Notes: generated by a model not told the origin, from the letters alone. DNA of 64,000 nt from Waterburya sp. (GCA_965217895.1 CBDCJV010000002.1:2368001-2432000), one strand, 5' to 3'; counted from the first letter of the stretch, positions 18,682 to 28,989 are shown. A program made the numbers and translations.

Positions 18682-18832
18682 CTATGACTGCTTTTAATAT
18701 TGCTCGATGTAAACATTAACTATTTGAGATCGAGAAAGTTTATTTAGAATATTCTCTTATATTAGTCATTCTATGTATTCTCAAAAAGTAGGCGATGTAC
18801 CTACCCGCTCCTTATTTTTACTCCTTAACGAC

Positions 18833-19462
18833 TCAGAGATTGACAATTCCCCGTTGGTAGGCAGCAACAACAGCTTGAGTGCGATCGCTCACCTCCAATT
18901 TGTGCAAAATGTTAGTAATGTGAAATTTAACCGTTCCTTCACTGACGTATAACGCTGCACTAATCGCTTTGGTGCTATTACCTTTGGCTAACAGCTTTAA
19001 TACCTCAATTTCGCGATCGCTTAGTTGCGCACTATTCATACGGCTGGCTAATTTGGCACCCACAGATGTTGAAATATAATTTTGCCCAGCAGATACTGTC
19101 CGAATTGCCTTTAATAGTTCAGCCCGCTCGGCAGTTTTAAGTAGATAACCTTTAGCTCCAGCCTGTAGCCCGCGATAGATGTTTTCGTCTCCATCATAGG
19201 AGGTGAGAATAATGATATGTGCGTTGGGAAAGTCTTGAATAATTGCTGAAATTGCCTCAACTCCAGTTAGTTCTGGCAAACTTAAATCCATCAGCGTCAC
19301 GTCGGGATGCAGCGTCTTGAACTGCGCGATTGCCTCGCTTCCAGTTTTCGCTTCACCGATAGGCTCTAGACCTGGCTCAGATTTCAGCATCGTTATTAAC
19401 CCACTTCGCACCATCGGATGGTCATCGACTACTAGAACGCGGATATTGGAAGATGAAGTCAT
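18833..19462 (-). CDS. NarL/LuxR-family response regulator
   Basis: VVDDHPMVR, LMDL, GAKGYLLK, LSDREIEVL..TVKFHITNILHKL; the ATG overlaps the kinase stop. Confidence 0.93.
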   Translation of the reverse strand: MTSSSNIRVLVVDDHPMVRSGLITMLKSEPGLEPIGEAKTGSEAIAQFKTLHPDVTLMDLSLPELTGVEAISAIIQDFPNAHIIILTSYDGDENIYRGLQAGAKGYLLKTAERAELLKAIRTVSAGQNYISTSVGAKLASRMNSAQLSDREIEVLKLLAKGNSTKAISAALYVSEGTVKFHITNILHKLEVSDRTQAVVAAYQRGIVNL

Positions 19463-21228
19463 GATGATGAAGACGTAAGTGGAATCTGAACCAGGATACA
19501 GGTTCCCTGTTCGGGTGAACTGCGGAGGGTAAACTGTCCCCCCAGACGATCGCAACGTTGTCGCATTGAGACTAAGCCAAAGCCGCTGCGATCGCTAGCC
19601 AGTTGCCGATTGAATCCTTTGCCGTCATCTTCAATGCGAAGCGTAATTAGATCTGTCGCCAGGCTAAGTTCTACCTCTAGAGTTCGTGCTTGAGCGTAAC
19701 GCAGGGAGTTAGTTATAGCTTCTTGTCCAATTCTTAATAGGTTCATGCCGATGTCGGGTGGCGCAGGCTGCACTGTTCCCACCAGCTTAAAGTTTACCTG
19801 TAGGTCGGCGTGAAGAGTAAGCAGATTCAGCGATCGCTGTAACGACCCTGCTAAATCTCGATATTCATCGGCATCGGGATGCAGTGACCACACCGAACGA
19901 CGAGCCTCGATTAGTCCAGAATGAGCTAAAGTTTTGACCTGTTTAATAATGTCCTGTGAAATTGCGGAATCTTGGGTGGCGTAATATTCGGCATTATTAA
20001 GTTGCAGCGAGATACTGTTTAGAGTTTGGGCGAGGGTATCGTGGATTTCTCGCGCCATACGGTTGTGTTCTTCAACCACCGCCACTTGTTTTGCATCTTC
20101 GGCTAAACGAGTTAGCTGAATGGCTAAAACGACCTGCTGTCCTAAAGCAGTGAGAAGACGTAAGTATTCGGGCGAACAAAAATGACTTTCAAGATAGCTA
20201 ATCATCAAAGAACCCAAAAAACCGTCACCAAATACAAGGGGAATCAGCACCATTGTTTGAACCCCGTCGCGCACGGCTGACCAAGAGAGATAAAGATCCA
20301 AGTCAGAATGGTTTGGTAAATCTGAATAGACAAATGGCTGCTGTTTACTCAAGAATTTCCAGGCTGAACTCTGTTTAAAGGCAGATAGAGGAATCGGATT
20401 TTGATTTAAAGCTTGGGGCGGATCGCCAATCAGCCGAGGATTCCAACGAGTTAAATGAAGTTTGTTCGTTGTTTGCCCAGCATCCCGCAACCAAATATCT
20501 ACAACCGGGGCATCAAACTGCTCGACGATGGTGGCAAGGACTTGCCCCAAAAAATCATCGAGTTCTGGCTTAGTAGCGAGATAAGAGAGGCTGCTTTGGA
20601 GTGCCGTCTGTTGCCCTTGGGCTAAAACTTCTGCTTCTTTACGCTGGCTAATATCCTGCATAATAGTGATGAAGCAGACAGGCTGACCAACAGCATCGCA
20701 GACGGCAGATACAGTTATGCTAGCCCAAAGCAAAGAACCATCTTTACAAATGTAGCGTTTTTCATTTTGGTAGCAAGGCAGTTCGCCACAAACTAAGCGG
20801 GGAATAAAGGCGAGATCGGTAGCCAGGTCATCGGGGTGAGTAATGTCAGCAAACGTAAGTGCCATTATTTCAGCTTCGCTATAGCCTACCATGTCACAAA
20901 ACCGCTGATTGACTTGCAGCCAGCGACCGTCTAAATCATCTATGGCCATGCCGACAGCAGCTTGCCCAAAGGTATAGCGGAAAAGCCGTTCACTCTCATG
21001 TAGGTCAACTTCAGCTTGTTGGCAGCGCAAAGCCTCAATTTGTAATGCTTGGTTAAGGGCTGCAACCTTGGCAGCGTATTCTTGAACAGTCTTTTCTTGA
21101 GCAGCTATTTCTGATTTTCTTTGCCGTAAGTCAGCAATCTCAGCCCGAAAAGCCTTATTTTCTGCTTCTAGTTGGGCAATGCGTTCTTGTGGCGATCGCT
21201 CAACTGGCTCATTATGCTGCTGTAGCAT
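19459..21228 (-). CDS. PAS-GAF sensor histidine kinase (HisKA_3)
   Basis: PAS (ITHPDD..EKRYICKDG), GAF, RMAREIHDTLAQ, QEAITNSLRYA, DDGKGF, GFGLVSMRQR. Confidence 0.92.
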   Translation of the reverse strand: MLQQHNEPVERSPQERIAQLEAENKAFRAEIADLRQRKSEIAAQEKTVQEYAAKVAALNQALQIEALRCQQAEVDLHESERLFRYTFGQAAVGMAIDDLDGRWLQVNQRFCDMVGYSEAEIMALTFADITHPDDLATDLAFIPRLVCGELPCYQNEKRYICKDGSLLWASITVSAVCDAVGQPVCFITIMQDISQRKEAEVLAQGQQTALQSSLSYLATKPELDDFLGQVLATIVEQFDAPVVDIWLRDAGQTTNKLHLTRWNPRLIGDPPQALNQNPIPLSAFKQSSAWKFLSKQQPFVYSDLPNHSDLDLYLSWSAVRDGVQTMVLIPLVFGDGFLGSLMISYLESHFCSPEYLRLLTALGQQVVLAIQLTRLAEDAKQVAVVEEHNRMAREIHDTLAQTLNSISLQLNNAEYYATQDSAISQDIIKQVKTLAHSGLIEARRSVWSLHPDADEYRDLAGSLQRSLNLLTLHADLQVNFKLVGTVQPAPPDIGMNLLRIGQEAITNSLRYAQARTLEVELSLATDLITLRIEDDGKGFNRQLASDRSGFGLVSMRQRCDRLGGQFTLRSSPEQGTCILVQIPLTSSSS

Positions 21229-21372
21229 TTTTACGAGTTCTCCTAGGATAACCTAATAGAATAGAGATTAGCTTCCTAATTAAATTTTGCCAAAGGTAAT
21301 CTTAAATCTAGAAATGAAACTGACTAAATAGCTGTCTAGCATAATTTTTGCGCGTTAATAAATTATTTGTAT

Positions 21373-21553
21373 CTAACTAAAGTTAGAGATTATAAGTTTT
21401 AGATAAATACTAGTCGAAAGTCAAGGTGACAACCTACTTTTTGCTTAGGGCGGAAAAAAAGTATTTTCAATAGGATGAAATCGAGTAATAGATAGAGCAG
21501 ACAATAAGTTTCGCCTAGTTCTTTCTAGATTTTCAGCAATATTAAAACAGATT
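21373..21553 (+). promoter_or_regulatory. Duplicated leader, copy 1 (upstream of SOD-like gene)
   Basis: Aligns with 25578-25759; begins with palindrome CTAACT-AA-AGTTAG. Confidence 0.75.
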
Positions 21554-21557
21554 TATC

Positions 21558-22172
21558 ATGGCTTTTGAACTTTTACCCCTACCTTATGCTTATGATGCCC
21601 TAGAACCTTATATGTCTCAAAAAACATTAGAGTTTCATCATGACGAGTATCACGCAACCTGTGTGTCTGTTCTTAATGTCTTGGTTAAAGAAACTGAATT
21701 TGCTGATAAATCTTTAGAAGACATCATTTTTAAAACTTACGGCGATACCAGTAAAGCAAAGATTTTTAACAACGCCGCCCAGATATGGAATCACAATTTC
21801 TTCTGGAAATGTATGAAACCAAACGGAGGCGGTCAGCCGAATCAATGGCTGGCGGAGAGACTGATTGCTAATTTTGACAGTTTAGATCGCTTTGCTGCTG
21901 AGTTTAAGAATGCAGGAATAGCTCAGTTTAGCAATGGCTATGTTTGGTTGGTACTCGATCGCGATCAACTCAAAGTTGTTAGAACTGAAAATGCGCTGAA
22001 TCCGATGGTAAAAAAGCAAATTCCTTTATTGACTTGCGATGTTTGGGAACACGCTTACTATCTCGACTATCAAAATCGTCGTTCTAGTTTCCTGCAAACA
22101 TTTTTAGAGCATTTGATTAATTGGGAGTTCGTGAGTCAGCAATTGCAGAAGCATCAATTGATATCTGCGTAA
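21558..22172 (+). CDS. Fe/Mn superoxide dismutase paralogue (atypical)
   Basis: LPYAYDALEP, FNNAAQIWNH, DVWEHAYY; gateway motif altered to HHDEYHATC. Confidence 0.88.
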   Translation: MAFELLPLPYAYDALEPYMSQKTLEFHHDEYHATCVSVLNVLVKETEFADKSLEDIIFKTYGDTSKAKIFNNAAQIWNHNFFWKCMKPNGGGQPNQWLAERLIANFDSLDRFAAEFKNAGIAQFSNGYVWLVLDRDQLKVVRTENALNPMVKKQIPLLTCDVWEHAYYLDYQNRRSSFLQTFLEHLINWEFVSQQLQKHQLISA

Positions 22173-22286
22173 GCCTATTTTTAGCTGAATAGACCACGTT
22201 GTCAATCGACTGGTTTTTAGCTTTTAGCTTTCAGCTTTTTAGAAATATAATCACTTATTTTATATCTACAAACAAAGGAGTTACCA

Positions 22287-23054
22287 ATGAAAAAGTTAGA
22301 AGAAAAAGTCGCCATCGTCACTGGATCGAGTCGTGGAATCGGTAAAGAGATTGTGATGAGATTGGCTCAGGAAGGAGCTAAAGTAGTTTTCAACTACAGA
22401 AGTAGCCCTAACGAAGCTGAAAAAGTTGTCAGCAAAATTGAGCAGCAGGGTGGCGAAGCCATGGCAATACAGACTGATGTCAGTCAGGTTGACCAAAGTA
22501 AACAGCTAGTCGAACAAACAGTTGAGAAGTACGGCAAGCTAAATATTTTAGTCAGCAATGCAGGTATCGAACATTTCGGAAAACTAGAAGAAATTACCCT
22601 GGAAGATTTTAATCGGGTGTTTTCAGCCAATGTTGCAGGTCAACTATTTGCAGCGCAAGCAGTTGCTCCCTACCTTCCCTCTGGTGGACGTATTGTAATG
22701 ACTTCCTCTGTCAGTGCCAAAATTGCCGTTTTTTATCACACGCTCTATGCTGCCAGCAAAGCTGCGGTTTCAACGATGGTGCGTAATCTGGCTCCCGAAC
22801 TGGGAGAGCGAGGAATTACGATTAATGCAATCGCACCTGGCGGTACAGCAACAGACATGGCAGCAAAAAATGCCAAGAAATACACTCACCCTGCCCTCAA
22901 AGATGTACCGCCCGAAGTTCTATTCAAAACCATAGGTGCATTGCAACGTTTGGCTCAACCAGAAGAAATTGCAGCAGCAGTAGCATTTTTAGTCTCTGAA
23001 GACGCTTCCTATGTCACTGGCAGCACTCTCGCTGTTGACGGCGGAGAGTTTTAA
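22287..23054 (+). CDS. SDR-family oxidoreductase
   Basis: TGSSRGIG, SNAG, YAASK, VDGG. Confidence 0.92.
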   Translation: MKKLEEKVAIVTGSSRGIGKEIVMRLAQEGAKVVFNYRSSPNEAEKVVSKIEQQGGEAMAIQTDVSQVDQSKQLVEQTVEKYGKLNILVSNAGIEHFGKLEEITLEDFNRVFSANVAGQLFAAQAVAPYLPSGGRIVMTSSVSAKIAVFYHTLYAASKAAVSTMVRNLAPELGERGITINAIAPGGTATDMAAKNAKKYTHPALKDVPPEVLFKTIGALQRLAQPEEIAAAVAFLVSEDASYVTGSTLAVDGGEF

Positions 23055-23208
23055 GCGAAGGCACAAAGGGGTACTAGATGCGGATAAATCCTTTCTCGCA
23101 TATAGGCAGCCCTAAAGGATTAGCTAGCGCGTCAGGGCAGAAGGTTGATTGTTCAGATGGAGATTTAACAATTAAACGACCCTAAAGATAATGGAGCAAG
23201 AAGAGAAA

Positions 23209-24063
23209 ATGAAAGTGTTAATGGTAGGAGCAACTGGCACATATGCCAGCCTAATCGTACCTGAGTTAATAAAGCGCGGTGTGACGGTACGGGCGTTGGT
23301 GAGAGACGAAAGTAAATTGGACGTAGCCAAACAACAAGGAGCAAAGGAAATAGCGATCGCCGACCTTCGTGACCCAGATAGTCTCCGTGCAGCAGCTAAA
23401 GGCGTAGATGGCGTTTTTCATATCAATCCAGCCTTTGCAGCCGATGAAGCCGACCTCGGTGTGGCAATGGTCGAAGCTGCTAAAGCAGTTGGTGTTAATA
23501 AGTTTGTCTTCTCTGGTGCTATCCATCCAACCATCTCTAAGATGACTAACCATGCCTCTAAGCAGCCAGTCGAAGAGGCGATGTATGAATCGGGTATGAC
23601 ATTCACCGTATTGCAGCCCACTATGTTTATGCAGACTCTGGGCAGCGGTTGGTCTACCGTACTCGAACAGGGTCGCTTTGTCTTACCCTACTCTAAACAG
23701 GCAAAGGTTTGCTATGTAGACTACCGCGACGTAGCAGAGGCAGCAGCGATCGCACTGAGCGAAGACAAGCTGGACTACGGTACGTTCGAGCTATGCGCCC
23801 CTGGTATGGTCAATCGTCTCGAAATTACCTCAATGATGAGTGAAGCCCTCGGTCGTACCATTGAAGCGGGTGAGATGCCACCAGATAAATGGGCGCAGGT
23901 AGCCCATATTCCAGACGGGTCAATGAAAGAAGGCATGATGCGTATGTTTGCCAACTACGATCGCTACGGCTTTCCTGGTGGTAACGCTTTGGTGCTGCGA
24001 GCCATTCTGGGACGAGAACCCCGCACGCTACGACAGTACATCCAGGAGCTTGCAGCTTCATAA
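23209..24063 (+). CDS. NmrA/NAD(P)-binding protein
   Basis: MKVLMVGATG..VRALVR..GVDGVF..LQPTMFMQ..VDYRDVAE. Confidence 0.88.
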   Translation: MKVLMVGATGTYASLIVPELIKRGVTVRALVRDESKLDVAKQQGAKEIAIADLRDPDSLRAAAKGVDGVFHINPAFAADEADLGVAMVEAAKAVGVNKFVFSGAIHPTISKMTNHASKQPVEEAMYESGMTFTVLQPTMFMQTLGSGWSTVLEQGRFVLPYSKQAKVCYVDYRDVAEAAAIALSEDKLDYGTFELCAPGMVNRLEITSMMSEALGRTIEAGEMPPDKWAQVAHIPDGSMKEGMMRMFANYDRYGFPGGNALVLRAILGREPRTLRQYIQELAAS

Positions 24064-24157
24064 GCTTTGGCAGACAGCACGCGATCGACAATCCTACTGT
24101 AATACAGTGCCGTGCTATTGCACATTTTTTAACAAACCAATTTATTAGAGATCGACA

Positions 24158-25057
24158 ATGCTATCACTAAAATATTGTTCTACTACAAATCCTCAGCAAG
24201 TTCCACCACAAGTTCAACCACGATGGAATTGTCAGCCTCTTTTGTCTAGCACAGGTTTAAATTGGCAGAACATTCAGTTCGATTATTATCGGCATTGTCA
24301 ATATGTTTTGCCTCAAAATCACAACTCACAGCATTTGTTAAAGATTTTTCTCTCTGAAGGTGAAATTAAAGGAAGTTTAAACGGTCGAGAATGGACTGAA
24401 AATGTTTCTGCTGGTGATATAGCTATTATTCCTGCTAACACTGATTATTGTGCTGATTTTGAAAGCGAAATTGAATTTATCTTACTTTCACTTCAACCAA
24501 ATCTATTGAGAGATCTAGCGATAAATAAAGCTAATACCACAGTACAAATCCTGCCCCAGTTTACAGTAAAAGATCCTTTGATTTCTGGTATTGCTACAAC
24601 GCTTAAAACCCAATTAGAAAACAACCGCGACTCATGTTCTGACTATGCACGGATTTTAGCTAATGCGATCGCCATTCACCTATTCAAAAAATACTCCAAA
24701 CCATCATTTGCTGTAAATAATACTTGCAAAAGCGTAACTGAAAAAAAAATACAGGTCGTACTGGATTACATTGACCAGAATATAGACGAAAAACTGACTC
24801 TAAGCTCAATTGCCAAGCAGGTGAACCTTAGTAAATATTATCTGTGTCGCTTATTTTCCAGACATCTAGATATATCACCGCACCAGTACATCATCCAAAA
24901 GCGAATTATTCAATCGAAGCAGTTACTCAAACAAGAATTATCCATGCAGATCGTTGATATTGCTTTCGACTGCGGTTTTGCCAGTCATAGTCACTTCAAT
25001 CGGCAGTTTAACAAAAATGTTGGCATGAGTCCCAAAGCCTATCGTCATGCTGTATAG
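24158..25057 (+). CDS. AraC-family transcriptional regulator
   Basis: C-terminal IAFDCGFASHSHFNRQFNKNVGMSPKAYR. Confidence 0.92.
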   Translation: MLSLKYCSTTNPQQVPPQVQPRWNCQPLLSSTGLNWQNIQFDYYRHCQYVLPQNHNSQHLLKIFLSEGEIKGSLNGREWTENVSAGDIAIIPANTDYCADFESEIEFILLSLQPNLLRDLAINKANTTVQILPQFTVKDPLISGIATTLKTQLENNRDSCSDYARILANAIAIHLFKKYSKPSFAVNNTCKSVTEKKIQVVLDYIDQNIDEKLTLSSIAKQVNLSKYYLCRLFSRHLDISPHQYIIQKRIIQSKQLLKQELSMQIVDIAFDCGFASHSHFNRQFNKNVGMSPKAYRHAV

Positions 25058-25216
25058 GTGCAATAAATGCAACTTTTGAAAGACAATTCATCTAGATAAT
25101 ATTAGAGTTTTTGGAGAGAAAATATATCAATAACATTGTAGCTAGATTACAGGGCACACTTTTCCTGCTAGTGGTGGGTATGTGTAAATTAGCTTTTAGC
25201 TTCTAGCCTTTAGCTT

Positions 25217-25535
25217 TTTGTGCTGCAATATGTTCAGCCAAGACTTGAGAATTAATGGATGGTTCAGTCTCGTCTTTAGCACCCTTGTTTGCTGCTGCTT
25301 ACGCCACGCACAACGCTCACACTGCTTTTATTGTTTGGCTTGCCACAGCGGTTGGAGCAGGGATCAGTATGGCTTTTGCTGAAGCATTGTCAGACGACGG
25401 AAAAGTTAGCGGTCGCGGTAAACCTTGGATACGAGGACTTGTGTGTGGAGGAATAATGCTGATTGGGGGAATAGGACATACACTGCCGTTTTTACTCAAA
25501 AACTTCTGGGTCGCAGTTTGGATTGCCTTTGCACC
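25217..25535 (+). pseudogene. Internal fragment of a VIT1/CCC1 (MbfA-like) iron transporter
   Basis: FVLQYVQP..LMDGSVSSLAPLFAAA..GAGISMAFAEALSDDG..GGIGHTLPFL; both ends missing. Confidence 0.75.
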
Positions 25536-25577
25536 CTCTGCCCTCTGCCTTCAAAGGCGAAGCCCGATAATTTGCAT

Positions 25578-25759
25578 ATAACTAAAGTCAGAGATTTATT
25601 TATCTCAGTTAAAGACTAGTCGAAAGTCAAGGTGATAACCTATTTTTTGCCTAGGGCGAGTCAGAAGTATTTTTAATAGGATGAAATCAAGTATTAGACT
25701 GAGCTAACGATAAGTTTGGCACAGTTCTTTTTAGATTTTTAGCAATATTAAACCAGATT
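25578..25759 (+). promoter_or_regulatory. Duplicated leader, copy 2 (upstream of monooxygenase)
   Basis: Aligns with 21373-21553. Confidence 0.75.
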
Positions 25760-25780
25760 AGTGAGGTAGAAGCTCATATT

Positions 25781-27454
25781 ATGACTACTTTAAAAATAAA
25801 ACCCGTTTTAATTGTGGGCGCAGGACCCACAGGCATGACGGCAGCAATAGAACTAAGCCGCTTTGGTATTCCCGTGCGGCTGGTGGAAAAAAGGGATGAG
25901 CCAGCGACCACTTCACGCGCCGTAGGGGTACAGGCACGTACCCTAGAACTCTTTGAACAGCGGGGAATGGCTGAAAAGATGCTGGAGGTTGGTAATAAAG
26001 CCCCAGGTGCCAGCATTCACGGCGGTGGCAAACGAATCGCTCGGCTCGAATACTCCCATATTGACAGCAATTACGGCTACACTCTCTTTATCTCACAAGC
26101 GGAAACAGAGCGTATTTTGAGAGAGCAGCTTGCTGAACAGAACGTCCCGATTGAATGGAGCGTAGAGATGATCGCCTTTGCACAGGCAGAATCGCACTCG
26201 TCTGGTCTTCCTGGTAGCGTGTCGGCTACCCTTCGCCATGGAGATGGTTCGCTAGAAGAAGTGGAAGCCTCCTATATGATTAGTGCCGAGGGAGCGCACA
26301 GCAAGGCTCGTAAAACCCTTGGACTGGATTTTCACGGCAAAGCTCTCCCAGAAAGTTACGCCCTAGGTGATTTCTACCTTGATGGCGACCTGACCGAAAG
26401 CGATATGCATATCTTCTCCTCCGAGTACGGCTTTATGGGAATGTTCCCCATGGGCGATCGCCGCTGGCGCGTAATTGCCAGCAACCCTCTTAGTGAGCCG
26501 AGTAAAGATACTAAGCCCGAACTTGACGAGCTGCAAAAGATCTATGATATGCGAGCGGAGATTCCGGCCAAGTTCCGAGATTTGCAATGGAGTTCGTGGT
26601 TTCATATCAACAGTCGCATGACAGACTGTCTCCAAGACGAGCAAATCTTCCTGGGGGGCGATTCGGCGCATATCCACAGTCCAGCAGGAGCGCAAGGGAT
26701 GAACACGGGCATTCAAGACGCGATCGATTTGGGTTGGAAACTGGCGATGGTGCTGCAAGGTAAAGCGGCAAACCATCTTCTCGATACCTACGGCGAAGAC
26801 CGCCTTCCAGTTATCCACAGCGTACTAGAAGGAACAGAAGGACTGACTAGACTCATTGGTTCCCAAAATCCCGCTGTACGAACCGCCGTCTCTCACATCG
26901 CGCCGATGCTTATGGGTACTGAGTTTGTCCAGACTAAAAGCACCACGACGCTGAGCCAGATTGGGTTGAACTATCGTGAAAGTTCGCTCTCACAAACTCA
27001 CGAGCATCACGGGTCTGTGCGAGCGGGCGATCGCCTTCGGGATCTTGATGTTACCGTGTTGAACAAGCCTCATGATGAAAAACAGAATATCGCCGAACAG
27101 AACCCAACCCCAGCCAAGCTTTTTAGCCTGATCGACCCCTCTATGTTGACGCTGCTGTACGTAAATATCGCCGATCCACAGTCTCTACACGATCGAGTGC
27201 AGAAACAGCTAGAGCCTTGGCAAGACATAATTAACGGCTATCAGATTGCCCCCCCAGCACCCGACTCTGGACAGCAAAAACACTTTACCGACAACTTTGG
27301 TAGTGCGCCGATCCTAGTTTTGGTTCGCCCCGATTCTTACATCGGCTTTACTGCTGGTGCAAACTCTCTGCCAAAACTCGTCACCTACTTACAAAAATGG
27401 TTCATGCCTAACAATAAGCAAACTACCCAAAAAACCCATGCAAAGTCCCACTAA
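25781..27454 (+). CDS. FAD-dependent monooxygenase (PheA/TfdB-like)
   Basis: GAGPTG, AEGAHS, GDSAHIHSPAGAQGMNTGIQDA, LVRPD. Confidence 0.92.
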   Translation: MTTLKIKPVLIVGAGPTGMTAAIELSRFGIPVRLVEKRDEPATTSRAVGVQARTLELFEQRGMAEKMLEVGNKAPGASIHGGGKRIARLEYSHIDSNYGYTLFISQAETERILREQLAEQNVPIEWSVEMIAFAQAESHSSGLPGSVSATLRHGDGSLEEVEASYMISAEGAHSKARKTLGLDFHGKALPESYALGDFYLDGDLTESDMHIFSSEYGFMGMFPMGDRRWRVIASNPLSEPSKDTKPELDELQKIYDMRAEIPAKFRDLQWSSWFHINSRMTDCLQDEQIFLGGDSAHIHSPAGAQGMNTGIQDAIDLGWKLAMVLQGKAANHLLDTYGEDRLPVIHSVLEGTEGLTRLIGSQNPAVRTAVSHIAPMLMGTEFVQTKSTTTLSQIGLNYRESSLSQTHEHHGSVRAGDRLRDLDVTVLNKPHDEKQNIAEQNPTPAKLFSLIDPSMLTLLYVNIADPQSLHDRVQKQLEPWQDIINGYQIAPPAPDSGQQKHFTDNFGSAPILVLVRPDSYIGFTAGANSLPKLVTYLQKWFMPNNKQTTQKTHAKSH

Positions 27455-28022
27455 AATATCAGCCCAAGATGTGCAGTTGCTCTTTATCGATCTACAACCC
27501 CAAATCGTTCAGCGGAGTAAAACCACCGACCCCAAAGCGATCGCCCAGTCGGCAGCCGTGCTAGCACAATTAGCAAAAGTATTTTCACTGCCGCTCACCA
27601 TTACCATCGTCCCAGAGGCAGAAGAGGGGAAAGACCCAGGAAGTATTCCAGAACTTGTCAAAGAAGCTGCTGAAGCATCCCAAATTCTGCGTGCGAGTCC
27701 CGACCCTTTCCTAGATGAGAAAGTAAAGCAGACCCTAGCCGATAACGATCGCAAAACGCTAGTCATTTCTGGCTTCGCCACCGAAGCTGCCGTTATTCAC
27801 GCCGTCGTCGGAGCTATTGAAGCGGGCTATCGGGCGATCGTTCCTATAGATGCCTGTGGCGGTATGTCGGAGCGAACAGAATCAGCGGCACTACGCCAGA
27901 TCGAAGCGGTGGGTGGAGAGGTAACTTCTACCGTTACCATCGCGACTTCACTAGAACCCGACCTTAAAACAGATTTAGGTCAGAAAATGTTCGGCGTGCT
28001 TCAGCAACTTCGGTTGGCATAA
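27438..28022 (+). CDS. Isochorismatase/YcaC-like protein
   Basis: LLFIDLQ, GFATEAAV, IDACGG; start MQSPTK overlaps the monooxygenase end. Confidence 0.8.
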   Translation: MQSPTKISAQDVQLLFIDLQPQIVQRSKTTDPKAIAQSAAVLAQLAKVFSLPLTITIVPEAEEGKDPGSIPELVKEAAEASQILRASPDPFLDEKVKQTLADNDRKTLVISGFATEAAVIHAVVGAIEAGYRAIVPIDACGGMSERTESAALRQIEAVGGEVTSTVTIATSLEPDLKTDLGQKMFGVLQQLRLA

Positions 28023-28121
28023 GGGGCTTCGCCCCAGCTATAAGCCATAAGCTATAAGCTTCAATCATTTTGTTAGCGAACAAGACAATCACAAATCAAA
28101 AGTTAAGAACAAGGGTTCATT

Positions 28122-28366
28122 ATGTCACCATTCACACTGGCTACACTTTCTTACCGAAATGAACCCCGCGCAGCAATCGGTGTTGAGGGCAGCTACTATC
28201 TCATTCACGAGCTTCAGCCAGAGCAGCATTCTACAGTGCGATCGCTTCTTAATAATTGGTCAACCTCATTTCCCATACTTGAAGAGCTGGTAGGTTGCAT
28301 TATCTCAGGCAAAGTAAGCACCGTTGCTCCCATTAAACAGAGCGAGGTGAAATTCAAGACGCCAGT
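28122..28366 (+). pseudogene. N-terminal remnant of a probable fumarylacetoacetate-hydrolase-family gene
   Basis: FTLATL..AAIGV..TVRSLLNNW..VKFKTPV, ending where the FAH core would start. Confidence 0.5.
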
Positions 28367-28508
28367 GAAGAAGCCCAGAAGCAAAAAGGCTTCGATCCCA
28401 TAACCATTGCCGTAGATGACCGCACCGCTCTTGAAGCCTGGGGCAAGTACCTGGATGAACTCAACATCGAGCATTCACCTGTCACTACTGCGATTCAAGC
28501 ATGGTTAA
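28367..28508 (+). pseudogene. Internal remnant of a VOC/glyoxalase-family gene
   Basis: Another frame reads EEAQKQKGFDPITIAVDDRTALEAWGKYLDELNIEHSPVTTAIQAWL. Confidence 0.6.
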
Positions 28509-28989
28509 TTGTATAAAACTAATATAACTAGGTTAAAGCTTTGCACGAAAAGAGTTTTAGGGTTTTAGGTATCTGTGTAAGCGATCGCAAAAGAAATTGA
28601 AGGCTCAACTTCTCACTTTGCAAGGGTTGTGCTGAAATATTACACGGTTGAATAATTAACTTAATTTAAATTAAAGCGTCTTGGAAAGAGACAGCCAGCC
28701 AAAGGCAATACCCTATATTATTTAACCTATCTGATATCAGCTCCTCACACTTTCAATGATAGAGAATTTGCCCTAAACTGGCTCTTTTGGAGATGTTTGC
28801 TAGCTTGTTTCTGGTATAGGTATTAAATTTTAAGATCAACTATTTATACGCTGGCGTAATTCTTGATTGATAACTAGATTTCTGACTAGAAGCAATAAAT
28901 GTGCGCCTATATGGCGAACATGGTCATAACAGGATCTATGCTGGAAACAACAATGACTTTTTGTTCTCCAGGGTGTTTGATCGCGATCG

